Notes: generated by a model from the sequence alone, not told the origin. A stretch of DNA of 64,000 bases from Neocallimastix sp. 'constans' (GCA_050613775.1 JBODTK010000128.1:248001-312000), one strand, 5' to 3'. Positions 1 to 15,364 are shown, counted from the stretch's first letter. A program made the numbers and translations.

Positions 1-183
<183 letters not shown>

Positions 184-1011
184 TGTATTTAATCCGACAA
201 ACCAATGAATTAATATTAATAAAAAAATTTTTTTTATTTATATAGATACCTTTAGAAGCCGTCACAAATTATTATTTAACTCAACAAAAATTAAAAGAAA
301 AAGAAAAAGAAAAAAAAAGAAAAGAAATAAAAGAAAAAAGTCATCATATAACAATATAAAATAATTAATCAAAAAAAATATATGAAAATAAATAAATCTA
401 TTATATATACCATCATTATTATATTATCAACCTAATAAATTAGAGGAAAAGAAAAAAAAAAAAATCAAGAGTGAAATAATTATTAATCCTTTTTTTTTTT
501 TTTATTTTTTTTATACTTTTTGTGTATTATACTATATATATATATATATTTGTTCAGAGTCAAGGAATTTAGGGTTTATAATTATGTCAACTTTTTAAAT
601 ATATTTTGTAATAAAGAGTTACTTGTATTTAATTATTCTAAATTAAATGCTTTTATATTAATATATTGTGGATTATACATAAATTATATTTTATAATATT
701 ATGTTTCAATCCATTTGAAGCTTATTTTTTTTCATGTATTTCCCATATTCTAATATTCCCCTTTAAACCTAGTTATTCTATAACGAATAAATTGGTTTAC
801 TGGTGAATAGGCACTGGTGAATATGTGTATATAAAAAATTATCCTCCTATTTTATAATATTAACTTGGATATTATTAAAACAATTAGTTATTTTTATTCT
901 AAATTAATTTTTTAATTTTTCTATGAATAAAATAATAATCTTTTTACATTATAACTAACTCTTTTTAATTCGATTGAAGTATTTCAAATATAAAAAAAAT
1001 ACCTCAAAATT

Positions 1012-1051
1012 CCCACTGCCCTGTCTGTAACGTAGGGTGGGTACACACCAG
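1012..1051 (+). mobile_element. Probable degenerate Helitron 3' terminus
   Basis: GC-rich imperfect hairpin CTGCCCTG...TAGGGTGG followed by GTACACA-CCAG (CTAG-like end) in an AT-rich background. The 5' end was not located. Confidence 0.45.
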
Positions 1052-1074
1052 AATAAAAAAAAAATTTTTTTCTT

Positions 1075-1329
1075 TTAACTATTATAAAATAGAGTATTAT
1101 TTTTTATATTAATTATTTCACTTGATTATTAATAAATTTTAGAGATATGTACATGAACATTAAAAGTATTAAATATTTACATAGAAATATGTATTAATAT
1201 AAATAATATTATTAATTTACATGATTTAAATTTTATTTTTACATAAATATTTATGTAAAAAGTTTTTTTATAAAATTTAATTTTTTTTATATTACTAGAT
1301 TATTTAATATTGTTTTTAATACTTTAATA
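1075..1329 (-). mobile_element. Diverged partial solo LTR related to the copia LTR at 18048/23875
   Basis: Collinear matches to that LTR: ATTATTTCAC, AGAGAT..TACATG, TATGTATTAA.ATAAATAAT, TTTTTACATAAATATTTATG and terminal TTTAATACTTTAA. Confidence 0.65.
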
Positions 1330-1881
1330 ATTAAAAAAATAAATAAATAAAAAAATAAATAATAATTAAATAATTAAATAATAAATAATAAATAATAAAT
1401 AATTGAATAATAAATAATAAATAAATAATAAATAATAAATAATAAATAATAAATAATAAATAATAAATAATAATAAAAATCTTATATTTATAAAGATTTT
1501 TATTATTATTTATAAGTGTAAAAATTTTTACTATATTAAAAATTATTTAATAAACATTCTTTAAATAAATATTTTTTTTATACTTGTGTTTATTATTTTT
1601 CGAATTTTTAATATTATATTTATATTTTTATTATTATTGTATTTAAGATTTGATATTTATTAATCAAATAATAAAATATAAATATTTTTTAAATTAAGAA
1701 ATTAAACAATTAAAAAAAAAAAAAAATTAAAAAAAATAATAAAAGGTTATAAATTTATTTCTAACTGTCTACTAGTTATGGTATTTATATCTTAATACAA
1801 ATTAAAACAAATAATAAATTTAAAAAGTAGTATTAAAAATTATTATAAAATACTAAATTTATAATAATATATATTTATCAT

Positions 1882-1914
<33 letters not shown>

Positions 1915-2737
1915 TTTTTTTTTAAATTTTTTTCAATTCTTGTTTATAATACAAACAATTACCATTATAAATAAATTTTGTATTATATATATATTTATTA
2001 TTTTTCCTTAAAAATTATTTAACCTGTTAAAAAATTGTGTATACATTTCATAAATTGTAAAATACAATTAAAAAGATTTAAATAATAATTTTTTATTACT
2101 AGGGAAAATAAAATAAAATAAAATAAAAAACAACAAAATATTAATATATATATATATATATATATAAAAGGGAAAATAAATAAATAAAAAAAAAAATTAT
2201 ATATATAATTAGAAAAGCTTAGACTTATTCATTTTATTAAATTTTCAATAAGTTTATTTGCAGGTAAGAATAATTATATAATAAACCTATTTTTCTTCTT
2301 TTTTATTTAACTACTAACTTATTATTTAAAATAATATATATATATATATAAATATTTAAAAATTTCATATCAAAAGAATAAATTAATGAGAAATAAATAA
2401 ATATATATATATATATATATAAATAATATTAAAAAATAATTTAAAATAGATATAAATACAAATATAAAGATAGATAGAAAAATTGATTTTATAGTATACA
2501 CTATTTTATTTATTACAATTTTTTATTTAAAATACGGGAAATATTAAAAATAGATAACTATATAGATACAATCATACATAAGTATATTTATATTAAAAAA
2601 AAATAATTGGAAATTTATTATAATAAATTCACAAAGAAATCAAAAATTTCATATATTGTAAAAAAAAAAGACCTAGTATTATCTTTTTTTTTTTTTTTAT
2701 TTTTTAGTATTAAATAAAATCAAAAATTAAAGTTAAA

Positions 2738-3337
2738 ATGTCAAACGATTTCTATTCTCCAGCTATTATTAAGACTCATTATCTTGCTTTTAAAGAATTC
2801 TTAGAAAGTCAAGACAATGGTAAACTAAATATTTAAATTATATAATATGATATAAAAATATATATATCTTTGATGACTGTCTATTTATCTATGTATAAAT
2901 GATAACTGAATAAATAATAATATATGTATAACAATTATTACAATATAAAAGATGCTAAGAGACAAAGAGGTGCTAAGGAAAAACTTATAAAATTAACAAA
3001 TCAACAATTTCAAGAATTATCTACTGATGTTTATGATGAATTAATTAGAAGAACATTTAATTCTAGAGGTATTTTTATTTTGTTTTATTTTTATAAACAT
3101 GTATATATATTTATATATATACATATTTATAAAAATCATAATAATTATAATGAAATATATATACAAAAAAATTAAAATAAATAAAAATGTTTATTGTTTT
3201 AATTTTAACAATTAAAGATACAGAATGTTTACAAAGTCAATCTGAATTTCAACCAAAAAGAAACGAAGCTCGTGCTAAATTAGCAGCTCTTTCCCATACT
3301 AGATACAGAGTAATTAAAAATAAAGAATAAAACAAAA

Positions 3338-3389
<52 letters not shown>

Positions 3390-4250
3390 AATAGAATAAA
3401 ATTTATTATTTTAATATTCATTATTAATAAATTATTAATTCAAATAAATTTATATATAAAATATTTTATATTTTACATTTTAATAATACATAATATCAAA
3501 TTATAATTATATATATATATAAAAGGATTTATCACAAGATATTTATAATGAAATTCAAAGACGTTTTCCTAATATTGTTACTGAAGCTGAAAATGTTAGC
3601 ATATTAACTCTATTTTTCATTTAAAAATATAAAGATAATATAATAAAAATAATAATAATAATAATAATAAAGTGCAGTAGTTTATATATATATATATATA
3701 CTAAATTTATTCATTTAAATAAAATATTAATAAATAGAATATCGATAATCCAGCTGACAACGCTTATAATAACATGTCACCTGTAAATAAAAGTAATTGA
3801 CGATATTTAAGGATATTTGATTTTTCTCATTCTTATTATTATTATTTATTTATTTATTTATTGAAATAAATTTAATTTTAAGAGAATGAGAGTTAAGATA
3901 TATAATAAATTATTTTATTCTTCATACACGCACACACACACACTCTCTCTCTCTCTATCTCTCTTTATATATATATATTGATATATTAAATATTAAAATA
4001 TAAAATTTTTTTATTTTATTTATTTATTTATTTAATTTAGATAATGGTATTAGTAGCCCAAAACCAATTCAAAATGATGGAGCTAATCAAGCTCAACATC
4101 AAAAAATTAATCTTGCTCCATTAGATGATGTTATGGCTAATATAAAGGAATTAACTAATAAAAATGAGAATGAAGATTCAAATACTGCTGAAGTAATTTT
4201 TATAATATATATATATATATATTATCATATAGTTTCTTTACATATTGATA

Positions 4251-4297
<47 letters not shown>

Positions 4298-4729
4298 AAT
4301 AAATAAATAAACATATTCACTAAAACCCATTTATTTTGATTATTATAAATAAGGCAAGAAATGTTAATGAAGCTGAAGTTGCAGAATTAAAAAAGGCCAA
4401 TACTCTTTTAAAATCAAAGTTAGATTCTTTAACTGAGAAATACAACGTAAATTATTATATTTATTATTTATATAATTATTAAATAATAACAATAATAATA
4501 TTCATAGTAAAAATAAAATAAAAAAAAAAAAAAAAAAAAAAAAAGATTAAATATAAAAAATATAAAAGTTATATCTTATTGTAAACTAATAAATATAAAT
4601 AATATTTAAATATTTAATACAAATAAACAACAACAACAACAACAAAAAAAAAAAAAAAAATTAGAATGAAAAACTCAGATTAGAAAAAGAAATAGAAAGT
4701 ATTCAAGAAACTCTTACTAATCGTGTTAA

Positions 4730-4790
<61 letters not shown>

Positions 4791-6271
4791 ACCAAATGTA
4801 AATTTATTGAAAAGAAAAATAATAATAAAATAATGAAATTAAATATAAAAAAAAAATCTTTTTTTTTTTTATTTATTTATTTATTATTAAAACAGATTAA
4901 TGAGGAACAAGCAGTTGAATATTCAAAATTATACAACAATTACACTCAATTACAAAGTGATATTAAAACCCTTCGTAGTCAAACTGAAGTTAATGAAAAA
5001 ATTACTGATGAACTTCGTCAAGAAAATGATAATCAAATTGAAAGAGTTAATGAATTAACTAAAAAGAATGAACAATTAGAAAATGAAAATAAGAGTTTAA
5101 AGGAAGAAATTGAAAAGGTAAAGAAAGAATTAAATGAAGAAATTGAAAATTTAAAGAAGGAATTGAAGGAAGAAAAAGAAAAGAAGAGTGAAGGTAAATA
5201 AATGCAATATATATATGGAATAAATATTAAATATCAAATATTAATAATATATTGATTTATGATATCATTATTATTTTTTTTATATATGAAGTTGAAAAAA
5301 CTACTTCATCTCCAGCTCCAGCTAATAAACAAGAAGAAAAGGCTGCTCCTCCAGTAGAAAGTGAAGCTAAACCAGAAAATCCAAAGAAATCTCCAGAAAC
5401 TCCTCCAAAGGAAGATATCAAATCTCCATCTGGTCCAAAAGGAGTTCCAGAGGAACCAAAAGAACCTGTCGTTAAAGATTGTATTAATCCAGAAAGATTC
5501 AATCATTATAGAGAAGCTGTTAATGAATTACTTGAAGCTTCCAAGTAAAGTTTTTTTTTTTTTTTTTTAATTTAACATTTAATAATAATATAATTTAAAA
5601 ATGATAAAAAAAAAAAAAAAAAAAAAAAAAATAGATTATAAAATATATATATATTTAAAAGATATTTAATTATTAATTAATTAAATAAATCTTTTCTTTT
5701 TTTTTTCCATAATTCAATAGATTTATATAAATCTATTATTATTTAACAAATAGCTTTTTTTTTTTTTTCTTTTTTTTTTTTTAATATTTAATAAAATTAT
5801 TTATTAATTTTTTAATTTTAATTTTAATTTTTTATTTTTATTTTTATTATTATTTTCTTTTATTATATAGGAGTGAAAATCCAGCTGATGTTTTAGTAGC
5901 TATGAAATCTATTGTTATTACATGTAAGAATATTACTGAAGAATCTGATGAATATGAAAGATTAAATGAAAATACCTTTACTGGTGAAGAACAAGATAAA
6001 TTAATTGAAATTAAGAATAATCTTTCAGTTGCTCTTACTAATTTAATGAGTGTAACTAAAAATCATGCTACCAACTATCCAAATGTATCACCATCCTATA
6101 TTGAAAATGCTACTTCTGACCTTTCTGTTACTATTGTCTCATTAGTTCGTACTTTGAAAGAACATCAAAGTAGATTATTGAATCAAGGTTCAGCTTCATC
6201 ATTACAACATCCACCAATTAATCCGGGTATATTTTAAATTAAATAATTTTAATTATTAAAAAAGAAAAAAA

Positions 6272-6313
<42 letters not shown>

Positions 6314-7312
6314 TTGTATTTTATTAAATTTTTATTCTTTTTATATATAAATTTTAATTAATTGGAAACCAAATATTAATAATATTATTAAAAAAATAAT
6401 TTTTTATAAAACAAAAAAAAAATTATAAAACTAATAAAATTATATTTATAAAGCTACTATGAATATGGGTGAATACACACCAAACAATGAACAAATTTAT
6501 AACGTTCAAGAATTAAAGGTATGAAAATAAAGAGATTTATTTTTTTTTTTTTTAAAAAAAAAGAATAAAAATAAAAAAAAGATATATAAAATTATTTGAA
6601 TAATAATAATAATAATAATAATAAAATCAATTTAAAAAAATAAAATAATAAAAAATTTCTATATAATAAATTAATATATATATATATATTTTATTTTTCT
6701 TAATAAATTTTTAAAATATATATATATAATAGCATTTCCTAGAGGAAAAAACTGATTTAATTGTTCAAGGTATTCAATCTCTCTTACAAAAGATTCAACA
6801 ACCAAATGCCTCTAATGATGAATTAAATGGTGATATTCTTCGCATTACTAATATTGTTGACAATGTTATTGGTGCTTCCCAAAATACTTTTTCAAGTCAA
6901 GCTGGTATTTACTTATATGATAATGGAGGTAATTACCTAATATTTAATTATAATAATAAAAAAGATATTATATTATATATATATATAATGGTATAATGAT
7001 ATATATATAATGGTTTTTGAATTTATATCAAATCATCATCATATATTAAAATAAAAAAAAAAAAAAAAAAAATTTATAATTAATGATTATTAATTATTAA
7101 TATATATATATATATTTAAATTAATCAAAAATATTTTTTTAACTTAATTATTATCATTATTATTATTATTTAATAAATAATTAATATAATAATAAAATAT
7201 AATAATATAATAATAATATTATTATTAATAACTTTTTAGAACCAATCCTTCAAGACTTAAAGATGGGGTAAATACTTAATCCTCTTTATTAATATATATA
7301 TATATATATATG

Positions 7313-7357
<45 letters not shown>

Positions 7358-7631
7358 AATTAACATAAAATTAATTAATAATAATTTTTTTTTTCTTGTT
7401 TTATATTATTTATATTATTTTTACATTTTATTATTTTTATATTTTATTATAATTTTTTTTATTATAATAAATATATAATATATATATAAAAGTAATCAAC
7501 GCTTAAAGGAAATGGGCTTAGATATGCAAAACAAAACAGAACAAGAAATTAAGGCTTCAAAACCAAGTTTGGCTTCAGCATCTTATGAAATTGCAGTATA
7601 CGTTCGTGATTTACTTGAATTATTAGGTTAA
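2738..7631 (+). CDS. SPA2: Spa2/GIT-family polarity scaffold (multi-exon)
   Basis: ATG 2738. Spliced exons give two Spa2-homology repeats (AKEKLIKLTNQQFQELSTDVYDELIRR; PKRNEARAKLAALSHTRYRDLSQDIYNEIQRRFP), a coiled coil at 4.9-5.2 kb, and a GIT1_C-like end LASASYEIAVYVRDLLELLG*, with TAA at 7629-7631. Probable 5'UTR intron 2264-2707. Confidence 0.85.
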
Positions 7632-7775
7632 GAAAAATAAAAACAAAAACAAACAAAAAATATATATATATATATATAAAAAATAAAAAAATAAAAAAAA
7701 AAGTAAAATAAAATATAATAAAATATATCAAAATTCTTCCTCCCCTTCAAATAATTAGCAAAATAATTTTTTTTG

Positions 7776-7808
<33 letters not shown>

Positions 7809-7877
7809 GATTAGAAATATTTAAAAATTTACTTAAAAAATTTTTTTCTTTTCTCTCATTTTTATCTTTAAAATAAA

Positions 7878-7912
<35 letters not shown>

Positions 7913-7982
7913 AAAGAAAAATTAAAATCAAAATAATCTATTTAATTTCTTCTTATTATTTTTTTTTATATTAGTATATTAA

Positions 7983-8014
<32 letters not shown>

Positions 8015-8808
8015 AAAGAGTAAAGAAATATTTAAAAAAAAAAAAAAAGATTTTTTTTAAAAAAAAAATAATAATATATAGTATATAGTATATAATGTAT
8101 ATTTCTTTGCTTTTTCTCTCTTTCTATATACAATGTTGAAAAAAAAAAAAAAAAAATTCTTGTAAAAAAAAAAAAAATAATAATAATAATAATAATTTAA
8201 ACTACTCTAAAACAAATAAAAAAAAAAATTAAGAATATAAAATAAATATATAAATAAAATAAAATAAAATAAAATTAAAAAGATTAATATTTATAATATT
8301 AATATATATATATATATATATTTAAACTTATAAAAGGAAATATACCAAAAAATGAATTAAAATGAAAAAAACTTTTTTTTTTTTTTTTTTTTTACAATAT
8401 GAAATAATAAAATATAAAATGATATAAAGTATAAATGATATTAAAATAATAAATCATTAAAAAAATAATAATAATAAATAATAATAATAATAATAATAAT
8501 AATTTTATAATATGATATATATTTTAATTTAAATATTTTTATTTGCCATTCATTTATATTTTTGTATAAATAATAATAATAATAATAATAAAAAGTAAAA
8601 ATAGTAAATCTAATAAATAATAAAATAATTATTATTTTAAATTTTAAAAATATATATATATATAAATATAAATATATATTTCAAAAAGATTATATTTTTT
8701 GAAAAAAATTTAAAAGATTAAAGTTTTTTAAATGAATCATAATTTAATAAATTTATGGATAAATGTTAAAAATTATAAATATAAATATCATTAGCCTATA
8801 TAATTATC

Positions 8809-8839
<31 letters not shown>

Positions 8840-9419
8840 AAATCATATTAAATGATTTATATATTATATTTTATTATTTTTATTTTATTATTTTTATTTC
8901 ATTATTATTATTATATTATTATTAATTATTAATTATTATTACTATTCTTTTTTTTTTTTTTTTAACTTATATATCATGATTCTCTTTAGTTATTATTATT
9001 ATTTCATTGCCTTTTTAAAATAATATATAAAACTTCAAATATTACTTAATTTTTATAAAAATAAAATTATGATATATATATATAAATTAACCAAAATCTT
9101 AAAATTTATTAAAAAAAAAAAAAAATTATTTTAAAGTTAATGAAAAATATTATTTAATTTTTATTAAAATGTTAAATTATGATATAACATTAAATGTATA
9201 TATATAAATTAACCAAAATCTTAAATTTTATTAAAAAAAAAATGTATATATATATTTTAAAGTTCATGAAAAATAAGAGATATATAATAATCATTAAAAT
9301 TTAAAAATGATTGTTTTAATTTATTGAAATATTACGAATAATAATTGTTATAAATATTTAATTATCTTTAATTAATAAATACTACCAAGTTTTTATTTTT
9401 TTTTATATATTTATTTATT

Positions 9420-9455
<36 letters not shown>

Positions 9456-9573
9456 TATTTTTTTTTTATTATTTTTAATTTCTGTTCTTCATTTCAATAA
9501 AAAAAAAAATTAAAAGTTTATTTTCTTATTTTATTTTTTTTTTTTTTCATTTAAAAAAAAAGTAATATTAAAA

Positions 9574-9734
9574 ATGGCTAATACAAAAGGTATTAACTAA
9601 CCATATATTTATATAAAATTAAAAACAATAGGAATAAATTTCATTAATATTATATATCTATTGTTTCTCAAAACAAAATAGAAATAAAAAAATAATAATA
9701 TTATTAATAAAAATTTTTTATCAATTCCTCTTTC

Positions 9735-9765
<31 letters not shown>

Positions 9766-10168
9766 TTACTTTTTCTATATATTCTATTTTATCTATCTAT
9801 CTATATATTTATATATCATTTTTTCTATATATGTAAACATACAAATAAATTTCATCTATCTCTATTGATATAATGACAATAAAAATAATATATAATATAA
9901 ATAATTATTATTCATTATGGATAAAAAAATTTATATATATATATATATATATTTTGTTAATGAAAAATCATTAAATATTTTAAATATAAATGGAAACCAA
10001 CATTTTATATATGTGATATGATATATATATAATAATATTAAAAATGTTTGTTTTAATCATTTAATCCTTATAATTTTGATTATAATTATATTATGTTTAT
10101 TATATTTATTTAATAATAATCAACCAAAAAACAAACATTACAATAACAATAATCATACTTAACAACAA

Positions 10169-10212
<44 letters not shown>

Positions 10213-11977
10213 AAAAAAAAATTAAAAATTAAATAAAAAGATGATGAATATACTAATATGAGAGATAGGTTTAATAAACTTGGTTTGGATAATTCCTCTA
10301 ATACTAGAAATACGGATCCATTTAGTACGGCATCCATGCCAAGTCAATCAAATAAACAAGATAGAAGACAACCTTACGGTTTCAGAAATGAAGAAGAAGA
10401 GGAGCAAAATGATGATGAAACCGATCCCAATAAAAAACCTAAAAGAAAATTAGAACTTTATCGTATGGATCCTATTCTTATTCCAGGATATACTGGAGAA
10501 GATAATGGAAATAAAATAAGCACTCCTGAACAAGAAATTATGAATCAAATTAAAGATACCGATTTGGAATGTCACTACTGTCAACAACCGATTCAAAGTT
10601 CAGACGAAAAAATTATGATAGGTCAAAACTTTTATCATACCGATCATGTTCAATGTAATAAATGTGGTAAACCTTTAGATCCTGATAAGATTTTAGAATT
10701 AGGAGATGATATTTACTGTGAAGTATGTTTTGAAAGTGAATGTGATTTAGGTAAAAACCTTTGTGGCTATTGTAATGAGGAAATCTTTGGGGTAAAAAAT
10801 TAAAATAAGAAATAAAATTAAAATAAAATTAGAAAAATTAGAAAAAAAAAATTATTTATTAATTTTAATATTTAAAATTTTATTTTTTTATTTAATTTTA
10901 TTTTATTTATAATATATATATATATAATATAATATTTTATTATAATCAATTATTATTATGATATTATTATGATAATAATTTTGAAATACATCAAAAATTC
11001 CTCCAAAATAGGATTTATATATTAAAGCTTTAGATAAAGTTTGGGTAAAATAGATAATTTCTATATTAAAATCAATATATATTAATACCTTTAAAAAAAA
11101 ACTAATAATAACAATAAAATAGATAAACATATGAACATAATAAAATATTAAAAAATAATTGTACATTATACATTTTAAAATATTAATATATTAAATATAT
11201 ATATATATATATTTAATATATATATATATTTATATTTATATTTATATTTATATTTTTTTTTTTTTAATTTAAATATTTGATATATATGAAAAGCATCCAA
11301 ATCATTTCTTCTGTTCCTATTGTGGATGTAAATTTGATGAAGATACACCCTTCTTTGATATTGATGGTAAACCATATTGTGAGGAAGATTATAAAAGATT
11401 ATATAGTAGAATTTGTAAAGGTTGTAATGAAATCATTGAAGATGATTTTATGTCTGCTATGGAAATGTGTTGGCATCCAGAATGCTTTAAATGTCATGTA
11501 AGTTGAACAGTCACAAATATATATATTTATATATATTGTGGTAGTAGTTGCTTACATAATTTAAAATAATATTTTCTAATATATACATATATTTTATTTA
11601 AATTTTTATTTTTATTATATATACTTTTTTTTTTTTTTTTTCTTTTAAAAATTAATCATAATCACATATTCAAAAACAACAATAATAATAATAATAATAA
11701 ACATTAGATATGTAATAAATCTTTATGTGAGGATCCATTCTATTGTGTTGATTGTGAACTCTATTGTGAATTTCATTATCAAGAAAAGGAAAACTTATTA
11801 TGTGAATATTGTAAGAAACCTGTAGATAAACGTTACGTCATGGCCTTAAATAAAAAATGGCATCCAAATCATTTCTTCTGTAGTTTCTGTAAAAACGTTC
11901 TCTATACCGATATTGGTTTTAAGGAACATGATAATAAACCCTACTGTAAAGATTGTTTCATTCGATTATATGGTTAA
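9574..11977 (+). CDS. Paxillin-like protein with four C-terminal LIM domains (5 exons)
   Basis: Exons about 9574-9589, 10241-10791, 11012-11044, 11295-11497 and 11709-11977 splice in frame. LIM motifs CHYC..HTDHVQCNKC, CGYC..WHPNHFFCSYC, CKGC..WHPECFKC and CEYC..WHPNHFFCSFC..KPYCKDCFIRLYG*. Confidence 0.85.
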
Positions 11978-12136
11978 ATTCTTATTAAAGGAATAAAAAT
12001 ATAAATATTCAAAAAAAAAAAAAAAAAAAAAGAGTAATTTGTTAAAATTATTCAACTAATAAAATACCAATATATCCAATGCTAATATATAGTATAAAAC
12101 TATATATAAGCTTTGATATCCTTTGATATCTTAATA

Positions 12137-12176
<40 letters not shown>

Positions 12177-12772
12177 ATTTTTTTAAATATAATAAAATAA
12201 AAATAAAAACATTATTATTATTATATTTAATATTTAATAATAAAAGTTAAAAGTATTATTTAATTTTATAATATATTAAACTAATACTTGAAAATTTTAA
12301 TAATAATAATTAAATAATTAAACTATAACGAAAAATAATAAAATAAAAATTTATAATAGTTATAATATATAATATCTAATTATCACATTAATTTATATAA
12401 TACCTATTTAGATTTTTATTAACTTCATTTTGTACTATATTATAATATTCTTTTATTATTATTATTATTATTATTATATTATTATTATTATTATAATTAT
12501 TATAATTATTATATTTCTCTTCGCCACTATAGTTAGGATAATATCATTAAAACTTTTGATTTTTTTTTTTTTTTTTATATATTTAAACTTTTGATTTTTT
12601 TTAGTTCAAAAATAAAAATTAATAAATTAAATATAATATGAAAGTTTACATTATTATTATATTGTATATTGTTTTAATTTATACATTTTAATTATATAAT
12701 ATTAATATGTCTGAACAATTTTATACTAAAATAAACAAATATATATTTATATAATAATAATTATAATATTAA

Positions 12773-12814
<42 letters not shown>

Positions 12815-13277
12815 ATTTTTAAAAATGGATTTTATTTTAATTTTTATTTAAATTTATTAACATTTAAAAGTTAACAAGCAAAAAAAAAAAGTTATAACTT
12901 TTTTATTTTTTTTTTTTTTTTTTTTTTGATTTATTAGTAAAATTATTTACATCTAAAATTGTTGAAGTTCTTTTTTGTTATTATGATTTTGTTGCATTGT
13001 TTAATGGAAATTTTTTATGTATATTAATAATAAATTGATTAATTTTTTTTTCTAATAAAATTTATTTTATTTATATATATATATATATATATACGTAGGA
13101 AAATCTGTAAATATTTTTAATATATAAATAGTTTTTTTTTTTTTTTTTAGATAGATACTTTTTTTAGATTAAATGAAAATAAATTATTTTCAATTTTTTT
13201 TTCTCTAATTTTTTCTTTTTAAAATTACTATTATAATAATTATTTTTTTATTTTATTTCATTTTATTTCATTTTATT

Positions 13278-13654
13278 TTAATGAGCTGCGGTTGCTGGTG
13301 CAGCAGTATTTGGTTGATCAGTGGCCTCACCATTTTCCTCAGTGACTTCAGCGTTTTCTTCATCTTGTTTCTCCACAATTGATTTTCCTGGAGTTACTGC
13401 AGGTAGAGTAAGACCATTAGTATAGGTATCGAAGATTTGTTTGCGTTTCAAATTTCTTGGATCAAATTGATTAAGATTAATATGTGGGAAACTTAATAAT
13501 TTTTTGGGTGATTCTTCTGCTTCACATTCATCATATGCTGGTAATAAATATCTTTCAATAGCCTTTATAGATTAATTTTTTTTGTTTTGTTTTGTTTTGT
13601 TTTGTTTTATTAGTTTAAAATTAATTTAATTAATTTTTTTCAATAATTAATTTT

Positions 13655-13691
<37 letters not shown>

Positions 13692-14482
13692 ATTATAATT
13701 TCGATGGTATCATTGGGATTAATAGAAATCAACATTACAACAAATATAATTATAGATAAAAATTAAATTTAATTTATTAACATGATGTTATTTTAATGAA
13801 AATTTAAAGAAAAAATTTAAAGAGAAAAAAAAAAAAAAAAAAAAAAAATTAGTAAAATGTATCTTTATTAATTCAATATCTTATACAGTTATTTTTAATA
13901 TAATAATTTCATTGATATAATTATAATAAAAATTTAATATATTAACCTTTTCATTGGCTAAGCATTTACCAAAGGCTTCTAAAAGTAAATTATCTTTTTC
14001 AATAGTAGTATACCAATCCATTTCTGAAACTCTTCCATCATGATCGATATCCATTTTTTTTAAAATAATTTCTACCAATTCTTTGACACCATCTTCATCC
14101 TCTTCAACAACCTAATTAAAAATATTAATAATTATTTTTATTTAATTTATTAATATGAATATTTATTTTATTAATAAAAAAAAATTAAAGATATAAAATT
14201 ATTAATTTAAAAAAAAAAATTAAAAAAAAAAAAAAATAAAAAAAAAAGTAACAATATATATATATATATATATTATTATTATTGTTGTTGTTGTTATATT
14301 ATTGTTATTATATTGTTATTATTATTATTATTATTATATTAATTTAAAATATATTATTTACTCGAATTAAAGTATTTTTTAACATTTGGTACATTTCTTC
14401 TTTTGAAATATAGTTATCACCATTTAAATCATATACTCTGAAACAGACTTTATTTTAAGAAAATAATAATAATAATTTTAAT

Positions 14483-14526
<44 letters not shown>

Positions 14527-15364
14527 ATGAGTATTAGGTTAATATATACTTTTTTTTTTTTTGATTATAAATATTTATATATACTGATTAGTATATTTAA
14601 ATAAATATATACTTTTGTAATAATTTAATTTTCTATTAATTTAATTAATATAATATTTATGTATATTTATATTTACTTACATTTCATTTTTTCTTCAATT
14701 GTTCCCTTTAATAGAATAGACATTCCTCTCATAAATTCATCATGATTAATATAATTATCTGAATCAAGATCTAAACATCTGAAAACTTTTTATGATGTTA
14801 TTATTTATCGAATTAAATTTATATATATATATATAATTTACATCAATAAGATATGTTATAGTACGTTAAAAATATAATATTTATTAATTAATCTATGTAT
14901 ATATATATATTACCTCTATCCATAAGTAAGGAATCATCAATTTCAAAATCATCAGTTAATAAATCTCTAAAACGTGTTCTATCAATTTTTTCATTGGAGC
15001 CAGCTAATTGATAAAAATTTCTATTGAGATAATCAATCTCATTTTTTGTGACTTTGATATTATAAAAATAAAAAATAAAAAAATAAATAAATAAAAAAAA
15101 ATAAATAAATAAATAAATAAAAAAAAAAGAAAAACAATAATAATAATAATAAATATTATATTATTATTATTATTATTATTATTATTTATGGATATTAAAT
15201 GATAATTTTAGTAATGATTATACATTTTTTTTTTATGTTTATTATTCATTATTATTATTATTATTACTATTTTTTTTTATTCAGTTAAAATAATATATAT
15301 TTAAAATATTAATTTGCATACAATTACATTTATTATCCTCACTTGGACTCATTCTTCTTGACAT
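13278..15364 (-). CDS. CLXN: Calaxin / EFCAB1 (EF-hand, outer dynein arm-associated Ca2+ sensor), multi-exon
   Basis: Spliced translation contains IDRTRFRDLLTDDFEIDDSLLMDRVF, GMSILLKGTIEEKM, FRVYDLNGDNYISKEEMYQMLKNTL and DGVKELVEIILKKMDIDHDGRVSEMDW..LLLEAFGKCL, collinear with recalled EFCAB1 motifs. Confidence 0.85.
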
